Part shown: one piece after another, positions 54,157-64,000 of the stretch
Position numbering within the stretch: the first letter of the stretch is position 1
Layout of the letters: each line of letters opens with the position of its first letter
Assembly: GCF_009834535.1 (NCBI RefSeq)
Contig: NC_045697.1
Span: 114,640,001-114,704,000, forward strand
From: Camelus ferus
Taxonomy: Eukaryota
Direction: 5' to 3'
Length of the DNA stretch: 64,000 nucleotides
Notes under the pieces: generated by a model
What the model was told of the DNA's origin: nothing
Databases searched by the model: none
Seen by the model: the letters and a program-made list of their open reading frames with translations, nothing else
Translations under genes and position numbers: made by a program

Positions 54157-57100
54157 AAAGAAGAACAAACAAAACCCAAAGTTAGTAGAAGAAAGGAAAT
54201 AATAAAGAACAGAATGGGACTTAATGAAATAAAGACTTAAAAAATATAGAAGTGATAAATTAAACCAAGATCTGGTTCTTTGAAAAGATAAACCAAGTTG
54301 ATAAAACTTTAGCCAGACTTATCATGAAAAAAGAGAGAAGCCAAATAAATAATATCAGAAATGAAAAGGGAGAACTTATAATCAACACAATAGAAATACA
54401 AAAATAGAAGAGATTACTATGGAAATTATATATAACCCAATAAATTGACATCCTAGAAATGTGCCATCTCCCAAGAGTCAACCAAAAAAAAAAAATAGAA
54501 AATCTGAACAGAATGATCACTAGTAGTGAAATTGAATCAGTAATCAAAACTCTCCCCCCGAAAAACGTCAAGGAACACAAACCTTCACAGGTGAATTCTA
54601 CCAACCATTTAGAAAAGAATTCACATCTAGTCTTCTTAAACTACCCCAAAAATATGAAGATGAAGAAACACTTCCAAACTCATTCTACAAGGCCAGTATC
54701 ATCCTGGTATCAAAATCAGACAAAAGTATCACCAAAAAAAAAGTTACAGGTGATATCACTGATGATACTGATGCAAAACTTAGATGCAAAAATCTTCAGC
54801 AACATATTAGCAATTTGAATTCAATAATCAATACATTAAAAGGATCACATACCATGATCAAGTGGGATTTATCCCAGGGATCCCCAGAAGATTCAATATC
54901 CAAAATTCAGTCAATATGATATGATACACCACATTAACAAATTGAAGAATATGATCATCTCAATACACACAGAAAAAGCTTATGACAAAATTCAACATCT
55001 ATTTATGAAACAAACTCTCAGCAAAGTGGGCATGGAGGAAATATACCTCAAAATAATAAAGGCCATTTCTGTGAGTGTGAGTGTAACAAACATTATAAAG
55101 ATAACATTATACTTAATGGTGAAAAGCTGAAATCTTTTCCTCTAAGATCAAGAACAAGATAAGGATGCCTGCTTTCACCACTTTTGTTCAATATGGTTTT
55201 GGAAGTCCTACACACAGCAACCAGACAAGAAAAAGAAATAAAAAAAGTTCAAACTGAAAAGGAAAAAATAAAACTCACTGTTTGCAGTTAACATGATACT
55301 ATTCAGAGAAAATCCTAAAGACAACACCAAAAAAAAAAAAACCTGTTAGATCTAATAAATGAATTTAATAAAGTTGCAGGATACAAAATTAATATACAGA
55401 AATCGGTTGCCTTGCTATGCATTAACAACAAAATATCAGGAAGAGAAAGTAAGAAAACAATTCAGTTTACAGTTTCATCCAAAAAAAATTACCTAAGAAT
55501 AAATCTAACTAAGAAGGTGAAACACTATACACTAATAAATATAAGACATTGATGAAAAAATTGAACATGACAGAAATAAATAGAAAGATATACAGTTCTC
55601 ATGGATTGGAAAAAATATTGTTAAAATGTCGGTACTACCTAAAGCAATTTATAGATTTAATGCAATCCTTATCAAAATACCCATGGCATTTCTCACAGAA
55701 CTAGGATAAATCATTCTAAAATTTGTATGGAACCAAAAGGCCTGGAATAGCTAAAATAATCTTAAGAAATAAGAACAAAGTTGGAAGTACCAGGCTCCCT
55801 GACTTCAGGCCATACTACAAAGCTAAAGTAATCAAAACAATATGATAGTGGTACAAAAACATGTGCGTAGATAACAGAGTTGAGAAATAAACCTAAGTAT
55901 ATATAGTCAATTAACCTATGACAAAAGAGGCAAAAATATACAATGGGGAATGACAGCCTCTTCAGTAAATGGTGTTGGGAAACCTGCACAGCTGCATGCA
56001 TAAAAATCAAACTTGATTTTCTCACACCACTTGCAAAAATAAACTAAAATGAATTAAAGATGTAAATATATGGCTTGAAGCCATAAAATTCCTAGAAAAA
56101 AAAAACATATGCAGTGATCCGTTTGACATCAGTCTTAGCAATATTTTTTATTTTTTGGATCCATCTCCTCAGGCAAGGGAAACAAAAGTAAAAATAAACA
56201 AATGAGACAAAAGCTTTTGGACAGAAAGGAAGTCATCAATAAAATAAAGTCAACCTACCAAATGGGAGAAGATATTTGCAAATAAGATCTTGAATAAGGA
56301 GTTAATATCTAAAATATACAAAGAGCTCATACAACTCAACAACAAAAAACAAACAACCCTATTCAAAAATGGGCAGAGGGTTTGAATAGGTAGTTTCCTA
56401 AGGAAGACAGATAGATGGTCAACAGGCACATGAAAAGATGCTCAACATCACTAATCACTGCAGAAAGGCAAATCAAAACCACAGTGAGATACCACCTTAT
56501 GTCAATCGGAACGACTATTATCAAAATGACAACAAATAACAAGTGATGGCGAGGATACGGAGAAAAGGGAACCCTCATGTACTTTTGGTGGGAACTGTAA
56601 ATTGGTACAGCCACTGTGGAAAAGTGTGAAGACTCCTCAAAAAATTGAAAATAGAGCTACCATACAATCCAGTAATTCCATTTCTGGGTATTTTTCCAAA
56701 GAAAACAAAAACACTAATTTGAAAAGATACATGCACCCCAATGTTCATAGCAGCACTATTTACAGTAGCCAAGATATGGAAACAAGCTAACTGTCCATCC
56801 ATGGATGAATGGATAGAGAAGATATGATTTATATCTATATCTATACACAAAGAAATATTACTCAGCCAGAATAAGTGAAGTCTTGCCACTTGGGACAATC
56901 TTAATAAATCTAGAGGGTATTATACTAAGTAAAATAAATCAGAGAAAGCCAAATACTGTATGAGCTCACTTATATTTGGAATCTAAAAAACAAGACAAAC
57001 AAAACAAAATGAAAACAGACTCATAGAGAACAAAAGTGTGGTTTCCAGAGGCAGAGGAAATTGGGATGGGGGCAGAATAGGTAAAGGGAATTAAGAGGTA

Positions 57101-57300
57101 CAAAATTCTAGTTATAAAATAAATAAGCCACAGAGATATATAATTTACAGCATAAGGAATATTGCCAATAATAATTTAACAACTTTGTATGAGAGCGGTT
57201 GGTTACTAGACTTCACAATGTATGAAAATGCAAATCATGATGTAATATACCTGAAACTAACATAATATTGTAAGTCAACTATATTTCTATTTTAAAAAAA
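54157..57300 (+). mobile_element. 5'-truncated ~3.1-kb L1 (degenerate ORF2 and 3'UTR)
   Basis: IENLNRMITSSEIESVIKTLP and EKAYDKIQHLFM motifs; FADD decayed to tttgcagttaac near 55282; A-tail at ~57294. Confidence 0.95.
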
Positions 57301-60300
57301 GAAGGAAAGCTGTAATGACATTCACAATATTTGGAAATATTTTGGAAGTAATCTGCATTAAAGAAATTTTAAAATCAGTGATATTTGAATGTTTTAGAAC
57401 TCAATGACTTAAATATTAATCTTTATGAATGAATTCCATTCAGTATCTACAGAGTCTCTCACTGGCTTCTTATTTTTCTCTGGATTTATTTTTCCAGAAT
57501 TCTGTCTTCCTTGTTTTTATCTGCTCTAATATATGGAAACCTAAATCTCTCTTTATCTTATTCCAAGAATGTCTATGCCTATTTACTGTTCTTTTTATAT
57601 ATTTGTCTGTTTCCTGTTGTCTTTGTATCTTACTCATGCTACAACTGCATTTTTTGGTCTCTAGTTGCCTTTATTACTATTCTTGTATTTCTCTGTCGTC
57701 TCCCACCTCCTGTCTCTGAGTTAGGTAACAAGCAATAATAACAGAGATAAATACCATCTGCCATGTATCGAACAACTGAAAACATAGGTGGTAAAATCCT
57801 AATTGTGTATTATTACTTTCCCCATTTCACAATCCTGAAACCAAAGCTTAGAGGAAAAAGCCAACTAGTTAATTTTACAGAGTTAGTAAGCGAGGAAGTG
57901 ATAACATGACTCATTTTAGAGCATTCAACATCCCACTTCACTTGTATCCTGTGTTAATAGACAGAAATTCATTTTCCATTTGCTGTTTTTTTCAGTTCTC
58001 CATTCATTTAAAATCAGTACAGGATGTTTATAATATGCTTAGAAGCAGTGACAAAATAGTGTTTTAAAATAGATGCGCTCAGTGGTTATTTGCACTGCGA
58101 AGGAATACATCCTGCTAAGAAAACATACTTTTTATTGCATTCCCGAGCTAACGGGAAACGGAGAGACTATCAGACATCTGAGAAGAAAGAAGTCATGGTA
58201 ACTGAGCAGATAGGAGAGAGCAAATATTAAAAACTTCATTATGGAGAAAAAATGCTGATGTCAGTACGTCCACAGTGAAACTAAACGTTTGGCAAGCAGA
58301 CAAGCAGGCGACGAGAAGCTACAACCCTCAGGTGAAGCCGCCAGGGAAGCCTGTGAGGAGTCCGTAACCAAAGAACATCAAAGGGTCGAGAACAAACCGC
58401 CGCGTCTGCATCAGCTGAATTTCATGTTCCTGCATCGATCATCCGATACGTACTCTGCTGCATGTAATGTGCTTATTCTCTTTTATTTATTAATGAAATG
58501 AAGTATTTAATACTATAATTATTAAAATAAAATTTACTCAAATGTATTGTTGAAAGCAACCGCTCTCCGGTGTGGGACTTACATGTTCTTTGACGTTAAA
58601 CAGTGTTGCTGTCATTGTTTTTGTTCTCTTTTAATCTGACTCTGGTTTTATGTACAGGTTCACATTTACTCTCTCTCCCTGACTTAGTGGGGCTGTTAGA
58701 AACCGAAGCTTTTAGGCATCTAGGCGTCGTCCTTGGTGTTTGACACTGATGTAAATTGCTTTCAGGCTCTCCTCCCAAGGTCTCTGTTTACACAACTTAC
58801 CTCCATTAGAACCTATTAGGGCTAATTAAAAAAAAAAACCACAACAGACTTAATTTTCCTTTCAAACCGATCAGTTGTGCTCCAGGTGTTATTACACTTA
58901 ATCTTCTTCCTACCGAATGAAAAAGAGGAAAAATTAGTCTCATAAACAATGTCTATAGATTTCAGTATATGATCTATTCACGACTAAATTTTACCAATTG
59001 GAAGAATATTACATGAACCTCCTTGTTAGAGAGAATTGAGACACCCTATCATCTTGATTTCTTTTCTGCTAAGATGTTAAAAATGATAAATGTGGTTTAT
59101 AAATTTATCACAGCTATGAAAATCTGTCTTTAGCATCTACTGATTTTAAAGGATATGTTGTTTTATCATGGTTCATTACATTCTGAGTGACATTTTAAAA
59201 CAGATAAATAAAAGGACTTTTCAAGTAGTGATTTTAAATTGTTTTCATCACAGAGGCAAACAAAATTCACTGCGTGGAGATGAATGGTTTTATGATGATT
59301 CTGAATAGCTTAACCTTCTTTGCTGTAGAATGAAGGCTACACTAGTAAAATCAGTGTGAGAAAATAGGAAATTAAATTTTTGTTCTGTTCTTAGAGTCCA
59401 GATTTGAGTACTGAAATGCTGGTACAAGATCATCTATAAAGATATGGTAATGTATTGAAATTGACAAATAGGAGATCCTGAAATTCACTAATAAACAAGG
59501 CAAGGAACAGGTGCCAGAGTCTTCTAGAAGATGATTTCCTCTGAACTGTTAACAATTATTATTTAATAAGGATTGCACTGAATTTGTAGATCAATTCAGA
59601 AAATATCCCCATGATAACGGTATCTAGTCCTCTGATTCATAAACATGTCATAGTTTTTCATTACTTTGATATTTAAATTTTTTTAAATTAGAATCTTAAA
59701 AATTTCAATCAAGCATATTTGGTAGTTTTTGATACACAAGATTTTCACTTTTTTTTTGCTAAACTTATTCCCAAGTATTATATTAATTTTGATGTGCTTG
59801 TAAATGGAAGTTTTCTTTTGGACTTTTCATTGCTACTATATATAAATACAAATTATTTTTCTATATCAAACTTATGTTCTGCAAATTTATTGACTTATTA
59901 GTCTTAATAGTGTTTTTGTGGTTTCTGAGAATTTTCTATATGCAAGATCATATGCATCACACAATAGATAAAGAGACATAGTTTTTCTTCTTTCCTAATC
60001 TGATGTCTTTTCAAACATTTTCCTGCCTTATTTTCCTGTATAAAATTTCCAATACAATGTTAAATGGAAGAGGTGAAAGTATAGATATTTGTCCTGATCT
60101 CTATTTGCAGAAAAAATATTCAGTCTATCCATTAAATATGATGTCCTATGGGTTATCTATAGATGATCTTTATTAGGTAAAGGAAGTTCCTTTCTATTCC
60201 TAATTTCTTGAATCTGTATCAGTAAAGAGGGTATTTTGTCAGGTTTTTTATTTTCTGCATCTTTTGAGATAATCATGAGGATTTTGTCCTTTATAATAAA

Positions 60301-62410
60301 ATGCTCCATTTTGGGATAAATCAGCATTTCATTTTTATAAGTCCCATTTGATCAAGATGTATAATCCTTTGGATATGTTGCTGGCTTTAGTTGCTAGTAT
60401 TTGGTTAAGGATTGTCTGTCTATATTCTTAGAAAACATTGTTCTGTAGTTGCCTTTTCATTTGATAGTTTTGTCTTATTTGGTATCAAAATATCACTGAA
60501 ATTAGTGTTACCATGTAACTCATGAAATTAGTGGGAAAAATTGTTGATTTTATATTCTTGGAGGACTATATAAAGCATTTGTATTAAATATTCTTTGACT
60601 ATTTGGTAGAGATTAGCATTGAAGCTGTCAGGCTTGGATTTTTATGTGGAAATTTTCAAAATTATTGATTCAATCTCTTCACATTTTGTAGGTCTATTCA
60701 GATTTTCTGTTTCTTCTTGGTTTAGTTATGTACTTTGTGTCTTTACAGGAATTTTTACATTTCATGTTGATTAGATATATACACATATATATACATATTT
60801 GACAACTGTTTATCATATTTCCTTATTATATATATATTCATTTTTGTAAAGTCAGTAGAGGTAAACCTTCTTTAATTCCCAGTGTTATAAATCTTTCTTT
60901 TTCCTTGGTCAGTCAAACTAAAAATTCGTTAATTTTGTTAATCTTTTCAAAGATCTAACTTTTGGTTTTATTGATGTTCACTATTGTTTTTCTATTTCCC
61001 ATTTCATTTATTTCTGCTTTAATCAACTTTACATCTAGCTTTCAATTTAGTTTACTCTCTATTTTATATTTTGTTTAGGTGAAAGCTGGAGGATTTTTTT
61101 TTTATCTTTATTTCTTTGTGATATGTGTTAAAAGCTACAAATTTCACTTTAAGGGACACTGGCTCATTCCACAATTTTGGTCTGTGTGTTTTCACTTTCT
61201 TTCTTGTAAAAACGTCTGCATTTTCCTATGATTTTTTCACTGACTCGTTAATTATTCAATTTTTAAATTTTCTGTATTTTCATGGATTTCCCAAATTTCT
61301 TTTGCTGTTGATTTCTAATCTAATTCTATTGTGATTGGGACACATGCTGTACATAATGTCAATCCTTTTAAATTTATTGAGGCTTGTTTTATGGTTTAAC
61401 AGATTGTGTATCCTGGAGAATGTTCCATGTGAACTTGAGAAGAATATGTTCTGCCATTGTTAGGTGAAATGCTCTGTAGATGTCTCAGGTATGTTCGGTT
61501 TATAGTTTTGTCAAGACTTTTATTTTCTTTTTACTCTTCTATTTGTTCTACCCTTTGTTAAAAGTAGGGTATTTAAATCTCCAGCAATATTGTTAAATTT
61601 TCTATCTTTTCCTTCAATTCTGTGTTTTTGCCTTATGCATTTTAGAACTTTGTTATTAAGCACATGCCTGTTTATTCTTGTTATATCTTCCTGATGTTTG
61701 ATCCTTTTATCATTTAAAGTGTTCTTCGTTGATTCTCATAACATTTTTTTTTAAATTTTATTTTGCCTCATATTAATAGATCTACTCCTGCTCTCCTTTG
61801 GTTATTGTTTGCAAGGTCTATCTTTTCTTACCGTTTAAATTCACTCTATTGTAGCTTTCAATCTAATGTGTGTTCCTGCATAATATATAGTTGGATAACT
61901 TTTTTTTTCTCTGTCAGTATGTGACTTTAAACTGGAATGTTTAATCAGTTTAAGGTTGATGAAATTACTGATAAAGACTATATGATACTGTGCTATTCTA
62001 TATATGTCTTAGATTTCATGTACTACTCTATTCCTACATTGCAGCCTTATTGTATGTGAAATAAATATTTTTAGTCCTCCATTTTAATTCTTTTGTTTTT
62101 TCTTTTAGTGTATATTTAGAGATATATTCTTAGTGGTTGCTTGGGATTATAATTACATCTTTACATAAACTTATATAGTTCAGACTAATACCAACTTAAT
62201 TCCAATAATATGCAATTTTTCCCCCAAAATAGGTTCATTCCCTACCTCCCTTCTTTGTGTTACCTCTGTCATACAAGTAACATCTTTATACCTTATAAAT
62301 CATCTACATAGCTTTATAGTTATTGCTTTATGCAGTTGTCTTTTAAGCCAGGTAGAAGAAAAGTTTAAAATCAAAACACATGTATATTGTGTTTTCTGTT
62401 TACTTATGTA

Positions 62411-62940
62411 CAGCATACGTTGTTTTATTGTACTGCACTTTACTGAACTTTGCAGATATCGTATTTTTTAAAAATTGAAGGTTTGTGGCAACTCTGCATT
62501 GAAGAAGTTTATTGGCGCCATTTTTCTTCCAGCATTTGCTCGCTTCATGCCTCTGTATCACATTTTGGTAACTCTCAGGATATTTCAAACTTTTTCATTA
62601 TTTATTATATTTGTTATGGTTATCTATAATTAGTGATCTTTGATGTTACTACTGCAAAATAATTATGACTCACTGAAGTCTAAGATGATGGTTAGCAGTT
62701 TTTAGCAATAAGATTCTTTTTTACTTAAGATATGTACATTGTTTTTTTAGACATAATGCTGTTGTATTACATAAATACATATTTACATTATTGTATATGC
62801 TATTGCATACACATAAGAGAGTATATTAAAGTGTAAACATAACTTTTATGTGCAAAAAATTCATGTGACTTGCTTTATTGTGATATTTGCTTTACTGAGA
62901 TGGTCTGGAACAAACCCACAACATATCTGATATATGGCTG
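62411..62940 (+). mobile_element. Tigger1 internal-deletion derivative (Tc1/mariner-pogo)
   Basis: Decayed TIRs cagcatacg and atatggctg, TA at 62409-62410 and 62941-62942, Tigger1 left-end motif aaattgaaggtttgtggcaac. Confidence 0.9.
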
Positions 62941-62959
62941 TAGTTATTTTTATCAATCT

Positions 62960-63022
62960 CTTTATTTTTATTTATTTTTATTTTTATTTTTGTTTTTATT
63001 TTTATTTTTGTTTTTATTTTTT
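62960..63022. repeat. (TTTTTA/TTTTTG)n simple repeat
   Basis: Direct observation. Confidence 0.9.
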
Positions 63023-63749
63023 GGATGGATTGAACTTATTTTCAGGTACCCTTTTATTTCAACCCAAAGGATTCCTTTCAGAATTTCTAATAGCGCAGGT
63101 GCCTTGGCAATAAATTCTTCATAATTTTTAAATTTATCTTAGTTTTATCTTCATTTTTGAAGGCTTGCTTGCTGAATATAGAATTATTTGTTGATGATCT
63201 TTTTCTATCAGGACTCTGAATATGTCACCTTACTACTTTCTGACTTAGGTGGTTCTTGTGAGAAGCCTACTGTTATGCTTTTTAGGGATCCTTTGTAAGT
63301 GAGTCTCTTATCTCACGCTGCTTTTAAGTCTCTCTTTGTTTTTTGCTCTTGACAGCTTGACTCTAAGATGTTTATGTGTAAATATCTTTGGATTCATACT
63401 ACTTGAAGTTATGAATTCTTTGGACATGCTTTTATTTTTTTATGGATCATGCTTTTTATTCAGCGTGGAATGTTTTTGACTACTGTTTAGTCAATTATAA
63501 TTTCTGCCTTTCTCTCTGCTCGCCTGTCAATCTCATTATCTGCACACTGGTACATGTTGTGGTGTCCGCCAGACATCTGAGCCTCTGTCCATTGTTTCTT
63601 CATTCTTTTTCTCTCTCTACTCCTAAGACTGGATAATATCTACTGATCTATTTTCAAGTATGGTTATTCTTTATTAAGCCAACCCAAGTCTCTTCTTGTG
63701 TTGGAGATTTGAACTCTTCTTGTGATTATTTTAAATTTCAGTTAATATA

Positions 63750-64000
63750 TGTCAGTCTATTTAGGCTACTATACCAAATTTATGACAGACTCTGTGGCTT
63801 AAACAACAAACATTTATTTCTCACAGTTCTGGAGGCTAGTAAGTCCAAGATCAAGGTGCTGACAGATTTTCTGTCTGGTTCATAGGTGGACAGCCATCTT
63901 CTCATGTGTGTAAGAAATGAAGGGGCTCTCTGGGACTCCTTTTATAAGGGCACTAATCTTGTTCATGAGTGCTCCACCCTCATGACATAATCATTCCTCA
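63750..64000 (-). mobile_element. MLT1A-like MaLR LTR, runs off the window end
   Basis: atttatttctcacagttctggaggctagtaagtccaagatcaaggtg, same family as 4925-5288. Confidence 0.85.

Larger units (their letters stand above)
59560..63740 (-). mobile_element. Old fragmented L1 (L1MC/MD-like), interrupted by Tigger1
   Basis: T-rich antisense ORF2 motifs, e.g. aaggaagttcctttctattcctaattt and tatcctggagaatgttccatgtgaacttgagaagaat. Confidence 0.85.

Overview
AT-rich, repeat-dense mammalian genomic DNA, intergenic or deep intronic. A tRNA-derived SINE of the camelid vic-1 type suggests a camelid (camel, alpaca or llama) source; this is recognition from memory, not a database result. Much of the window is decayed LINE-1 of several ages, plus MaLR/ERVL/ERV1 solo LTRs, MIR and L2 relics, a Tigger1 deletion derivative, a MER3/MER33-type element and microsatellites. 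No intact protein-coding gene is recognisable; nearly all listed ORFs are L1 ORF2 debris or chance ORFs. The best-supported unusual item is a full-length U6 snRNA fused to an L1 3' end with poly(A) and a 13-bp TSD, nested in an older L1. That is a known class of chimeric retrocopy, not a new system. Also notable: a 5'-inverted L1 with fold-back junctions, an exact 31-bp duplication inside an old L1, an unexplained 24/25-bp inverted repeat, and two CpG-enriched unique islands (~31.2-31.6 kb, ~58.1-58.9 kb) with candidate minus-strand exons. I found no supportable evidence of a new biological system. Repeat family names and most repeat boundaries are by-eye estimates.
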